This document shows positions 57,401 to 63,887 of a DNA stretch of 64,000 bases, piece after piece (the stretch's first letter is position 1; the number at the start of each line of letters is the position of its first letter). The position numbers were made by a program, and so were the translations under genes. The DNA comes from a virus (Duplodnaviria; Caudoviricetes), in IMG/VR virus record IMGVR_UViG_3300026549_000064, positions 1-64,000 of that record, one strand, 5' to 3'. The notes under the pieces are model-generated. The model was not told where the DNA came from and searched no databases. It worked only from the letters and a program-made list of their open reading frames with translations.

Positions 57401-58838
57401 TGAGATACGACGGGATAATTTGTTCTATGGTTAGAGTGGTGCGATTGGTAAGTTTACCACCTTGATCTAGCGTATCGTAATCTACATTGTTAGTAACGGT
57501 ATTCTGTTTATCAAGTATGCCTTCGGTCATGGTGCCGATGGTGCGCTGTAAATCTGGCGGTAAATTTTTGAGTAAGCCGCCTCTTGACATATAGTGCAGT
57601 ACAAACGGCAAAGTGTTGCCACCCAGTTGGGTAGCATTTTCTATCATAAGCCGGGTTCTTTCATCTAGCCCGCCACTTACGCGTTCTATTAAACGTTTAC
57701 CGAATTGTTTAGATGCTTTCTTGATACCCCAACCAGTTAGCATTCTTGGTATAGACCACCAGTTGAATTCCTGAGGTTTACCTTCGAAATCATTCTGCAT
57801 TTCGAGGGCATCGCTCATCATATCCATCATCTGCTGGCCCATGCCCAGTTTATCTAGGAAAGGCTCAATATAATTTTCTTTTATGTTACCGGCCATTTTA
57901 CCAAAGTAACCCGTGAGTTTTCCACCCATGGTACCCAGTAGGCCTTCTTTTATTTTTTTACTTATCAGTTCTGATGTAGTAATTTTGTCAGCTTCAGGAA
58001 GCGCTGTGTTCTTTACAATAGCGTCTAATCTTTCCTGAAGCATCTTGGCAGTTAGCTTAAATGATTCTAGTGTATCTTCTGTGGCATACAGCTGCTTATA
58101 TTTTAATTCCAGATCTTTCTTAAGATAAGCAGTGAATGTTCCTCTGATGAATGCTGTTTGGTAAGTAGCCTGATTACGAATGATGCTGAGTATACCAGCA
58201 GTTTCTCTATGATGTATCTGACCTATACGTCTATCGAAGGTTTTCTCTAATACAGCTTGCTTTTTATCCTCGATACGTTGTTCCTGTTCTGCGCCAAAGA
58301 TGCTAGCTAACGCATTAGACTGGCTCTCATCGCGTATCTGATCTTTACTTTTTTCTTCGTAACCGCCTTCGTCAGGGTTATGAATTTTATCTATTAGAGA
58401 AACAATTTTCTTATCAAGATGAAAAGGCAGTCTTCCTTCAAGGCTAGTTGCTAATTTTCTAGCACTGCGCATGGTAGCGTTGTACGCAGGAACAATTTTG
58501 TCAATAGATTCACTGCGAAGTGTATCCATTTCAGATATAAGATCTTTGCCACCTTCGTAGAGGCTAGATACACTTGGCATACTCTTGTCGAGCTGTTCTC
58601 TTATACCGCTACTTGCGCCATCGTAGGCATTTGTACTAACGTTATCAAGATCTAGGCCGATATTGTGCAATCCTTGGGATATAGGATTTCTGTTTTTCTT
58701 GGAGACTTCCGGATTGTCTTCATAACCGAAGTCGCCACCCATGTCAAGATCTAACGCAGAGTCTAAGTTCTCATCATCAAAATCTTTATTTGCGTCTCTA
58801 GTGCTAGGATCTTTATCCTTACTGTCAAACCAACTCAT
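45420..58838 (-). CDS. Giant tape-measure / tail peptidoglycan hydrolase (phiKZ gp181-like), 4472 aa
   Basis: Long helical and glycine-rich regions; phage-lysozyme-2-like domain (AGLLGNLQQES..GYGLAQWT, ~48425-48930); M15 peptidase (SAFRS..Q..GTSRHETGIAVD..EAQHFE, ~47690-48035); adjacent to RNAP beta-prime. Confidence 0.88.
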   Translation of the reverse strand: MSWFDSKDKDPSTRDANKDFDDENLDSALDLDMGGDFGYEDNPEVSKKNRNPISQGLHNIGLDLDNVSTNAYDGASSGIREQLDKSMPSVSSLYEGGKDLISEMDTLRSESIDKIVPAYNATMRSARKLATSLEGRLPFHLDKKIVSLIDKIHNPDEGGYEEKSKDQIRDESQSNALASIFGAEQEQRIEDKKQAVLEKTFDRRIGQIHHRETAGILSIIRNQATYQTAFIRGTFTAYLKKDLELKYKQLYATEDTLESFKLTAKMLQERLDAIVKNTALPEADKITTSELISKKIKEGLLGTMGGKLTGYFGKMAGNIKENYIEPFLDKLGMGQQMMDMMSDALEMQNDFEGKPQEFNWWSIPRMLTGWGIKKASKQFGKRLIERVSGGLDERTRLMIENATQLGGNTLPFVLHYMSRGGLLKNLPPDLQRTIGTMTEGILDKQNTVTNNVDYDTLDQGGKLTNRTTLTIEQIIPSYLKTQTKYLEMLATGDKNATELEWDYKQGKLVAGVDYRQQLIRDISGGDSQMMYEKKVKVLDTQKLINSVFDNGNDALYQEINGELQKHADDITKVLTGIAVGDYDIDSEREELMQDVLNDLWDIRSSIEAGKNDFQKNDLFQAAFTSIAAENVLPVVKWFIRVLEKPKGPDDDNSTPYEHVLNTKTADLMWIQIWKYRSEANSRLEEVIYGEIKNGNASQLEKMGIIHRNAYGSWDIERNQALRLVERNYGGSRDIKDLRATKEDLASEGARLKELQKSNDREKTLKKQEKLDRDLETAYYENNNFKTVIDNYLEKHPGKTLIDAIKDPKFRPKLVAMYRNPLFNWVIALTDGSFDKIKSLANKANDKIINLGGQSLLRILSSIDDSLGDISVFLEDKENGVMRDKKNIRDVDILKWLASVKNKKKLLEKFDDNVSFIGFLNQLPNTARKWLRYFQAHPDELDSIKVSEAYAKELNAKASGNDQAAADAVHADFEAGASQESIDLIRKAQSSLDTSIDSKPKNTNAQESSSDGVTFSPNTAEPNSSAGGTINARITTYDNRKLVSNLVRLAQTRNRTLLDIQSGISRLIDTVAHKKSATDKNNRARQESAFDSANVQSIVSNILKENNRTFVDTFSKQLEKYYNTTNINESRSSAVNTTVNNHSDSKYGGRVTGLLETISKNVSVIKDSVKDRKVIIDKISLDDVLPEKFKTIFIDPVVAAVKATALGLSEAVKLGMSAVYTAATGKELLDKNGEKLSWLGSKLGGAGHSALKIGGDIIDSVRDYIKEIKPIEKLKNLATTVTDKVTGGVSQTYSGLSRAYDDVYSSRQKDKSKPLVSGEAFRDGLVVDVKGNKVPTVYDIKGPCYLWDKDKEAVGNMVISTEDIAEGDGLIFADGTPIKSTFLSRFAAKARRAGTIISNITFNIPGKIADAGKFLKEHSRFLWEKKDPFIDVYIIDKNTKDLKRVIAGKDLENNKSTRKYVYKKNGKWVPLTSAYLIEHEIYENTDSGYKVIIDSDDLEAGVYDVDGNRLTRFRGASVIGKVGVASMKVLGAISRSAIKLAKGAGRLLKTAAGKAVDLFSGGLKLLGEGGTAVGNFITSAFTSVVTAFTGIGISRKDLSEIVGDRLLDIYGLLYERLPAGKVNGDNDGNGLRDGSYYDYKKRREEHKKEVKERREANKKKQEEDKKKMAEDGEPNGAAGAAAEAADENNSAGDSEGGGFWSTLGAIFGGQALGGAVSDKLSGAAGSVKEGIRNRANNVRERVKNSKAARRAKAKARLARMRLRHAAGRGVLGAARTVGGLGMKGLGLAGRAAGSILGLGGKALLGTAGMALRLGGGLLGLTGRIAAGILGGPIGWALTLGTIGYQVYNWATDSAATKLLRIPRAKAYGLTVKNWEAFEDLETDTYEAWKNQQEGVDDKRLEQFGEKIDFIGGAEAGGLYDTEGDSDEENKTEYLKKWYKARFLPAYRDYVTVLCQVTKNDGSKQPKADDVDQNNIEAVKTFLDRKLAKYATGVLKDLAPNKKCFAKWLREKLTHKDFQDKERHRKENKEFGNKASKYLGRSGKTFSYAWNEIKHGNVLNGLWAGLKGITQALTGAAKFVIDTAGDLANTDENAYDHAWREAKLVAYNFKKRESGVKQTDALTKTATGAAIGAAALIPHAAAPLAATLLAAHAVRGMFAAEDDLDRITSLEDKAMPIIDQARPDLDRDELKELADDLISTKDMQKHIKDFGGDLTEALDARVDYVATWWGKIFMPIFKSYLKAMRVITKTNVGDKPHINDVPGDLRSQTIEQFKSGAAKYKKKFKLFDLIPTVDGYAKWFMAIDKSAIDRATTYKRTKSLSEKLTDDFRGVGHEFGDSWKKLWDGDVKGSAVSFGRGLRKFAKGAAKAISDMADSLSHLLTGWFDGGSTEKVMWEEVRFKFYHIPDVLGTGEKQKARRLAIENLENEGLKQIEEGKHLSEYAITEFGVAMGLLRPTERSMDAALTKANNYANKHGTYSIGGGAGALLAEIRNQENRQKEYDEKHGGNKEAADKRNEYAKKYLNFWIEKVFIPIFSQYVSTINMYTGRVADDGLLNLIGLNKLNPDDIREEHREDAMKTFKELASKVSKKYSKYELSDKGLDLFIKESEEYAKQLAAGNLKVATPNGTAAAAAIATENKQTKEILKSKINPLADSDEKDTDKGVINAVYKAADQLSQDLIVLNNAPDSDTLAAYLGVNNKDKKVPEKWRSIILGGTSITKKFMLARLKAYSNLLGNIPNAYLNANFQDKENGIWLANFCNAFGLKPGDGFNNKNLEESLLEYQIKHTSDSLEDNISKIAVMLFFTTGNPYALEIYDLLEHTNDRLAYLNPAIYNVRRPGDYTISFLSTRLDHAAHHNSFGQRVEKMDKDQERLLELKDILETWYNIVKEWVAYVVNPIFSFYTTCVNSIANESTNKLPDPEKIPEAKRLGALTIFLTRSEKMSAKATRTYLRDFNLGAGSFAVPVDKIIEEYNKFHAKEDKVNNRASKGHAVYSKKGTAGYKPEEAEETKNTSKEAEGGAGGSKPKKNGSKYDEDPKDMSTSVKALSYFGRLYANEETRKQLSPDIIEAYKKEMDKIFEYAKAHDLPISDAMNSWFVYKKEKGIEDTEKSDTSDHKKMANGGVFSVGRGGVVNAETNLDNITIGEAGTETVLPHKGGGRFNKLVTNAIRSVYGSKTAGVVNEILNGRKATRALLRKGLDKYGLGDVELTPTELILLNLYKRFFPKPLDEENDNAEEENAEGGATYNPSHADLVLGRAAGTRKSGKGATKGNFTDTVVHTYERITGREDPNETYRKYAATAKAIVNDADRRKLAAKIWKYFTARGWSEAAVAGLLGNLQQESGIECVRVQGDLQPNRQESLRYTKEKDANRQAFIDSQRGYGLAQWTYWSRKQALWDFAHSKGKSIGDTDVQIEYLCKEFDDGLMTYPLGKLKSCQSPTNAAIIILLNFERPDPSRRQIEIQHRTQNAVVWYETFGKGKVNKVDTEAALAQNKEVGKNSVENEGAAGKESSNQLFSSDRSDSGIQSVAGAALDLTSGGTSSYSGHSSRNTVLDVHGQGILKPENLHLSSDEIPKDGLDALAKLRSLRTMKGASTSYGGGNWISVAHLNPELIKRLYLAGKLYENAKGKNAKQWTITSAFRSYADQAAIKRKYPNDAARPGTSRHETGIAVDLGDANFGGIKNRAYDRGTVVDELEPYLKALGVIRKYRPGKLNEAQHFELQPGKLPDISALMSESGAEKTVEEGKKEVKELPKTDPAAVKEAEQAQDKTDNKKDTSIDEVVQAKQASTASSNGSVSGVAQPSNEKPTSVAGAALGITSGNSLTAGSATASGTSVDKAIQVKQTDTASSNGSVSGVMQLKDLDVEKDAAKLSSKANEIRKIAEGKKEVKELPKTDPDALKEAEQAKDKTDNKKDTSADEVVQAKQTDTASSNGSVSGVMQPQNKEYTAEDQQNIENGGADSNAVTTSQAKDKTDNKKDTSADEVVQAKQTDTASSNGSVSGVMQLKDQKPTSVASAVPGITSGGFSSTTKLAAGSNTSADEVVQAKQTDTASSNGSVSGVMQPQNKEYTAEDQQNIEQVVSALEATVDELQLFRPYPQIKGEDCSVKIKSLSDELNPIYGARKPAEYKQNLKYSNKALETLDLCIKVLEKYPNHPATKNVLDTAKDTKELLAEWPQYIQEELDSSLAFEKAGAVTPEERTKIVLALNGGADSNAAATSQAKDKTNGHKKMANGGIFALQRGGVVDAETNLDNITIGEAGAETVLPHKGGGRFNKLVTNAIRSVYGSKIARVIGNILGRNGTTSGIVYPDSYRNETRKLLADRSAASTADTEAIVTTEQASRQLESATTNAPKITTNSVANGVSEINNGSANTLAALNYQSTILEAIKNSVTDICKSIKPTETKSGNETVSQPTVHNKTENLADVIVNAMKEGFAAMSEQLSQLLQNNNNAPAAQTSKNTETRRTITTSFPLTTAKRI
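46623..47625 (-). repeat. Mosaic of in-frame direct repeats in the tape-measure C-terminus
   Basis: QTDTASSNGSVSGVMQ-type unit five times; EGKKEVKELPKTDP twice; QPQNKEYTAEDQQNIE twice. Confidence 0.92.
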
Positions 58839-58852
58839 AATGGAATACCCTC

Positions 58853-59677
58853 CTACTTGTTACTGCCGGTACTTACATCGAATGATGCGAATAAGAAATG
58901 GCACACTGTGTTCAACGCAATTTCAGTAGTTTTGAATATGAGATCTACTGTTTCTTTGTCAGCGAAATTAACGTTGTATCGTTGCCATTGGTGAAGTATA
59001 CTGTCGTCGCAACAGTATGGCGCATATATCTGCGCTAGACTCATTGACATATCTTGGAATAGAGGCTTGTAGATACGGCCTTTTGGATCAAGTTCATAAC
59101 TGATGTCATCTAAAAATAGTACATCAGTTGTTTTCCACTCATTCTCTGATATTTCTCTGGGATCTTTCCGAATAAAATCGATAGTCGCAATATTCTCTAC
59201 TTGACTAAGTAGTATATTACGATAAGCCTCCATCAATCTATTCGTTTGGAGAGGAAAGATATTTACCGTTACATGAATTTTTTCAGTAGCTTTAACGCGG
59301 TTATTATTCATGCGAAGAATACGCAATATAGCAGGAAGTGATCCTGACAACGATGTATCCGGACTACGGTTGAACAGATCTTCACCGTATTTAGGATCAG
59401 TATACATTTGCTTATAATCTTTTTCTTTGTATTTGAGTTTAGGAAAGGCAAATGTAAAACTGCGATTGGGCTTGAGCATGTATTGTTTTAGATTGGCAAT
59501 TACATAAGGAAGTGCTTCCTTATCAGTAGCTAGTATAAGTCCAAGTCTGGTATCTTTAAGTAAAGGTAAATCTATATATACTTTCTGAACAGCATGGAAT
59601 TTACTGTACATGATAGCTTCGTTAACTTTGTTGATGAGATCATCGTGTTTAGCAACAAAATCAGAAAATGCGCTCAT
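58853..59677 (-). CDS. Hypothetical protein
   Basis: 274-aa ORF between the tape-measure and RNAP genes. Confidence 0.8.
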   Translation of the reverse strand: MSAFSDFVAKHDDLINKVNEAIMYSKFHAVQKVYIDLPLLKDTRLGLILATDKEALPYVIANLKQYMLKPNRSFTFAFPKLKYKEKDYKQMYTDPKYGEDLFNRSPDTSLSGSLPAILRILRMNNNRVKATEKIHVTVNIFPLQTNRLMEAYRNILLSQVENIATIDFIRKDPREISENEWKTTDVLFLDDISYELDPKGRIYKPLFQDMSMSLAQIYAPYCCDDSILHQWQRYNVNFADKETVDLIFKTTEIALNTVCHFLFASFDVSTGSNK

Positions 59678-59790
59678 GATAATTACCTAATCTAAATTTG
59701 TTAAAAGCTTATAAATTGTGCGTCATCGAATGGCGCATGGTGTATTATTTATATATGATATAAATCATTAAACTTAAATGGGAGATGCTT

Positions 59791-61914
59791 ATGGCTAAGT
59801 TAGCACCGTTTAACATAACCATGATAGATCCAGACGAATACGTTCAGCGTAAGCAGTGTTTGCCCGTATCATCTAACGCAATGTATGAGTCGTCTACCGA
59901 AAGATTCCATCCAGATGGACTGTATTCTGAAGTTATATTTGGCCAGTTAGGATCAAGAGAAAGATTGATACGTCGTGGATTTATGTATCTTAGGACTACT
60001 CTTGTTTCGCCACATCTTTACCGGCAGATCATGACTCTCAAAGGGTTTTATAAAGATATTGCTGCTGGTAAGCAGTATGCTTACTTTGACCCTAAGTTAA
60101 AAGACTTCGTAAGAACGTCCAGAGATGATCCTGATTCAGATACAGGATACCAATTCTTTGTATCTAAATTAGATAAGATAGAGTTTCAAAAAACTAATTC
60201 AGCGCAGCGTAATGATAAAATTACCTTAATCAAAAAATATAAGGATCGTTTATTCATTACTAAATTTATTATTCTTCCAGCAGCTCTTCGTGACGTTAGA
60301 ATAAACAACGGCAGACCTGAATCAGAAAAAATTAACAAGTTATATCTTAATCTGTTAGCTCTTACTAAATCATTACCTGATTCTGGAGCAGATGATCCTA
60401 TTTTTGATCCTATTCGGTTTCAGATGCAGAATAAGCTTCAAGAGATTTACGAATACATTCGTAACATGATAGATGAGAAGCATGGTTTCGCTCAGGGAAG
60501 ATATGCTGCGAGAGACATTGTTTACGGATCGCGTAACGTTATAACCTCACCGTTGGTAACTGAAACTAAATCTCCTACAGCACCTGACGTGTTTAGTATA
60601 GACGAGGCTCTTATTCCTTTGTTTGAAGGATTAAAGGCATTAGTTCCAGTAATAGTTAATGTGATGACCACTAAGCTTTTAGCTACTGTATTTAGTGGTG
60701 ATCAGTCTCGTACAATTCCTCTTATAAATGCTAAGACGCTTAGACAAGAATATGTTGAGGTTGACGATAAAACCATTGAGAGATTTACTACGCCAGATGG
60801 AATAAACGATATCATTAATGATTTCCGTGATAATTCCATGCATTTTAAGCCGGTTACACTTAAACCAGCTAAGGCAGCTTTGGCTGATGGATATGCCGCT
60901 GATGAGTATTATCTCTTTATGATTTATGACGACGGTGATACTGTTTATCAGTTTAGAGACTTGGAAGAATTTAAGCAGGCTTACGCTAGAACAGATAGAT
61001 ATCGCGATGATAACCCGTATACACATGTGCTCGATAATTATCCGCCGGAAAATTATATAATTGAGGGTACTGGCGCTTTAAGAGCTCACGGCATGGACAT
61101 CGATCCTCAGGATCTCGATGTTATCATGAAGCCTGATATGTATCAGCATTTTCTTGAAGTAGCTAAAGCACAAAATGTTACTCCTGATGAATTTGGCGAT
61201 TATGAAATTCATGTAGATAATGTAGAAATTCACATGAAGAATAATTGTTATCAAATCAAGACTGATGCTGACTGGGAGAAACTTAAGAGCGAACAAGGTA
61301 TACAGATAGGGCAGCATTATTATATTAAGCCTGAAGTCATGTCAGCCAGATATAAAGCTATAGAAGCTAAAGGCGGTAGACTCAAGGATAAAAGAAAACT
61401 AGAGTTTTATAAGTCTATTATCTTTGATGAGTCTAAAGTTAGACCTATGACTTATATTGAGCTGATGTATATAGCTTGCTCGTCAGCGATTAAGGGTAAA
61501 CACTTCACTGTAACAAGATATCCTGTATTGAATATGTACAACATTTATCCAGTTAAGGGGCATCTCATATCAACTGAGCCAAGTAGAGTAGTGAAATATG
61601 TATTTGCTCTTAGACCTGAATTGAGTGTAACTTTAAGTTCGTATCCAATTATGGGAGCGGTATCTAAACAATCGTTGTCAGTTCATCCTGCTACGTTGGG
61701 CCATTTGGATGCCGACCACGATGGCGATACCATGAGTTTACTTCCTATCTTGTCTGAAGATGCCAATAAAGAAGTGGCTGATTTCATGCAGTCAACTGCT
61801 TCTATACTGGATGAGAGTGGTAACTTAATTTGGGGATTGACAGCAGGTGGCCAGAGTGTGGTTGTTCCAGTAACTCTGTTCTTCTGTACTTATAGACCTA
61901 TAGAACAAAAATAA
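59791..61914 (+). CDS. Multisubunit RNA polymerase beta-prime N-terminal/catalytic fragment (virion RNAP, phiKZ gp180-like) with an inserted domain
   Basis: DGLYSEVIFG, IILPAALRD, GSRNVIT, TRYPVL, catalytic DADHDGD (61708-61728); ATG 59791 has SD GGAG. Confidence 0.92.
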   Translation: MAKLAPFNITMIDPDEYVQRKQCLPVSSNAMYESSTERFHPDGLYSEVIFGQLGSRERLIRRGFMYLRTTLVSPHLYRQIMTLKGFYKDIAAGKQYAYFDPKLKDFVRTSRDDPDSDTGYQFFVSKLDKIEFQKTNSAQRNDKITLIKKYKDRLFITKFIILPAALRDVRINNGRPESEKINKLYLNLLALTKSLPDSGADDPIFDPIRFQMQNKLQEIYEYIRNMIDEKHGFAQGRYAARDIVYGSRNVITSPLVTETKSPTAPDVFSIDEALIPLFEGLKALVPVIVNVMTTKLLATVFSGDQSRTIPLINAKTLRQEYVEVDDKTIERFTTPDGINDIINDFRDNSMHFKPVTLKPAKAALADGYAADEYYLFMIYDDGDTVYQFRDLEEFKQAYARTDRYRDDNPYTHVLDNYPPENYIIEGTGALRAHGMDIDPQDLDVIMKPDMYQHFLEVAKAQNVTPDEFGDYEIHVDNVEIHMKNNCYQIKTDADWEKLKSEQGIQIGQHYYIKPEVMSARYKAIEAKGGRLKDKRKLEFYKSIIFDESKVRPMTYIELMYIACSSAIKGKHFTVTRYPVLNMYNIYPVKGHLISTEPSRVVKYVFALRPELSVTLSSYPIMGAVSKQSLSVHPATLGHLDADHDGDTMSLLPILSEDANKEVADFMQSTASILDESGNLIWGLTAGGQSVVVPVTLFFCTYRPIEQK

Positions 61915-61982
61915 AAAAAGAAGCAGCCAGTTTCCCAACTGCCTCTTTGCTTATTACTACTGATACTGGCTGCCTTGGACTT

Positions 61983-62294
61983 TTAGTCCTTGGCAGTCAG
62001 CATCATGTAATATTTAGATGGGGCCTCGTAGGCCCACTGTAAAAGGGAGGAGGCAAGCTCCTCCCAAAACCCCGAGAGGCCTTCCGCTCCCTTGGCTGCC
62101 TGGAAGGCAGCGCATACAGCGCTGTCCTCCAGTACCCTGCAGTACATCCAGGCGGATGTCCTGGAACGATAAACGGAGTCAATCCGCTTATTGTTCTTGA
62201 CGTCCTCCTTGTACTGTAGGAAGACCCTGCGGCCTACGTTAGTGGCAGTAACTGCCACAACAGCTTTGAGCGTTAAAAGTTTTTCATTATTCAT
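61983..62294 (-). CDS. Small GC-rich gene behind an early promoter
   Basis: SD AGGAG, promoter motif at 62349, own terminator near 61920. Confidence 0.8.
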   Translation of the reverse strand: MNNEKLLTLKAVVAVTATNVGRRVFLQYKEDVKNNKRIDSVYRSRTSAWMYCRVLEDSAVCAAFQAAKGAEGLSGFWEELASSLLQWAYEAPSKYYMMLTAKD

Positions 62295-62348
62295 AATAAA
62301 TTTCTCCTAATAAATTTATGTTACTAGATTAAATCTAGCTCCATTTAA

Positions 62349-62358
62349 GTAATATATA
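62349..62358 (-). promoter_or_regulatory. Putative early promoter TATATATTAC
   Basis: gtaatatata on +. Confidence 0.7.
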
Positions 62359-62440
62359 ACTGTTTTTTTTTGAATAGCTTTGCCGATAGAACAAAAATAA
62401 AAAAAAGAAAGGCCGCGATGTTGCTACGGCCTCTCCCGTT

Positions 62441-62668
62441 TTATCTCTCTACTGCCTGCAGTGCTGCAAGGCAGATATCGAGATCGCAAGATGAAAATCT
62501 CATGCGCAGCCGATAAGCTGCGTCACGGATTTTTTCGTCATTTATTTTTCCAGCTTCGCAGAGGCGATAGACTGCCTCCGCGATATTCTTTATCCTGCGG
62601 GCAACAGCGTCGCGCCGTGCCGTTGTTTCGGGGTTGAATGCCCCGTTTTCAATGGAGAATGCCGACAT
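62441..62668 (-). CDS. Small GC-rich gene behind an early promoter
   Basis: Start at MSAFS (SD GAGG), promoter motif at 62743, terminator near 62410. Confidence 0.75.
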   Translation of the reverse strand: MSAFSIENGAFNPETTARRDAVARRIKNIAEAVYRLCEAGKINDEKIRDAAYRLRMRFSSCDLDICLAALQAVER

Positions 62669-62742
62669 AAGCACCTCTTAGGTTTGAAATAAATGAGTCT
62701 CAGATAGAGTTCTTGATGTCTCATATCTTCTCATTCACCCCG

Positions 62743-62752
62743 ATGATATATA
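62743..62752 (-). promoter_or_regulatory. Putative early promoter TATATATCAT
   Basis: atgatatata on +. Confidence 0.65.
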
Positions 62753-62818
62753 TATATATGCATTTGGCCTACAGAAGATTTAGTGATCTGAATATTGAAT
62801 GGTTGATATGGAGCTTAT

Positions 62819-63073
62819 ATGAAAATACATATTAAATTTTCTAAAGATAACGATACTGATGAAAATGCTATTAGTTATTTTGAAATGATGACCGCAACAA
62901 AAGCTGGTACTTTAGGACTATTGCCAGTTGATGAAATTGTGGTAGATGCTAGCTCAGTACCAGTATCTTTTTATAAAGAGTGGTTTTGTTATAAAGTCAA
63001 TAAGTATTCTAAACCCACTCTTCAGTTTAGTCCTAAACTCTATGCTAAATTTAATAAGAAACAAAAATCTTAA
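62819..63073 (+). CDS. Hypothetical protein
   Basis: 84-aa ORF, SD GGAG. Confidence 0.65.
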   Translation: MKIHIKFSKDNDTDENAISYFEMMTATKAGTLGLLPVDEIVVDASSVPVSFYKEWFCYKVNKYSKPTLQFSPKLYAKFNKKQKS

Positions 63074-63887
63074 GCCATTTCTCAAATGGGTTGGTGGTAA
63101 AAGCCAGCTTTTGAATAAGCTTTTACTGTTAGTTCCTCAAGAGTATAACACTTATTACGAGCCGTTCGTTGGCGGCGGAGCTATGCTGTTAGCTCTCCAA
63201 CCTAAACAAGCCGTTATAGGAGATATGAATTCGCAGCTTATCAATGCTTATTTACAGATAAGAGATAGGCCAGCTGATGTAATTGATTATATTCAGAAAT
63301 TTGACTCTGAACCTTGTACTAAGGAGATCTTCTGTAGTAGAAGAGAACAGTTTAACGATAAAATTAGAGAAGATAAGCTTGATGTCGAGTCAGCTGCTTT
63401 AATGGTTTGGATAAATAAGCATTGCTTTAATGGGTTGTATAGAGTTAATTCCCTAGGTATATTCAATGTGCCCTGGAATAATAAAACAACAGGTTCGTCT
63501 ATTTCGATAGAGAATCTTAAAGCGGTTTCTGATTATTTTAGTAAGAATAGAGTTACGATAAGAAATAGTGATTTTGAAGTAACCTGTCGTGATATTAAAA
63601 AAGGTGATTTTGTTTATTTCGATTCGCCTTATGTACCAGTAAGCCAGACATCTAATTTTACTTCATATCAGTCTAAAGGTTTCACTGAATTCGATCATAA
63701 ACGTTTAGCTGGGTTTGTTAAAGAATTAGATAAAGCTGGTGTTAAGTTTATGTTAAGCAACAATAACGTTCCAACTGTTAAAGAACTGTATAAAGATTTT
63801 CGTATCATTGAAACTAATGTATCGAGATCTATTAACTGTATTGGTAATAAACGTACCGGTGCTGAGGTAATTATACTGAATTATTAA
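63042..63887 (+). CDS. dam: DNA adenine methyltransferase (Dam/DpnM family)
   Basis: KWVGGK, YYEPFVGGGA, FNGLYRVN, YFDSPY; start uncertain (ORF track gives 62946). Confidence 0.9.
   Translation: MLNLIRNKNLKPFLKWVGGKSQLLNKLLLLVPQEYNTYYEPFVGGGAMLLALQPKQAVIGDMNSQLINAYLQIRDRPADVIDYIQKFDSEPCTKEIFCSRREQFNDKIREDKLDVESAALMVWINKHCFNGLYRVNSLGIFNVPWNNKTTGSSISIENLKAVSDYFSKNRVTIRNSDFEVTCRDIKKGDFVYFDSPYVPVSQTSNFTSYQSKGFTEFDHKRLAGFVKELDKAGVKFMLSNNNVPTVKELYKDFRIIETNVSRSINCIGNKRTGAEVIILNY

Noticed and set aside
6740-59790. phiKZ-type late promoters (TATG) upstream of structural genes
   Set aside because: A 4-nt motif in AT-rich DNA cannot be told from chance without start-site data
60990-61425. RNAP insert as an intein
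   Set aside because: No Cys/Ser start, TxxH block or HN-C/S/T junction
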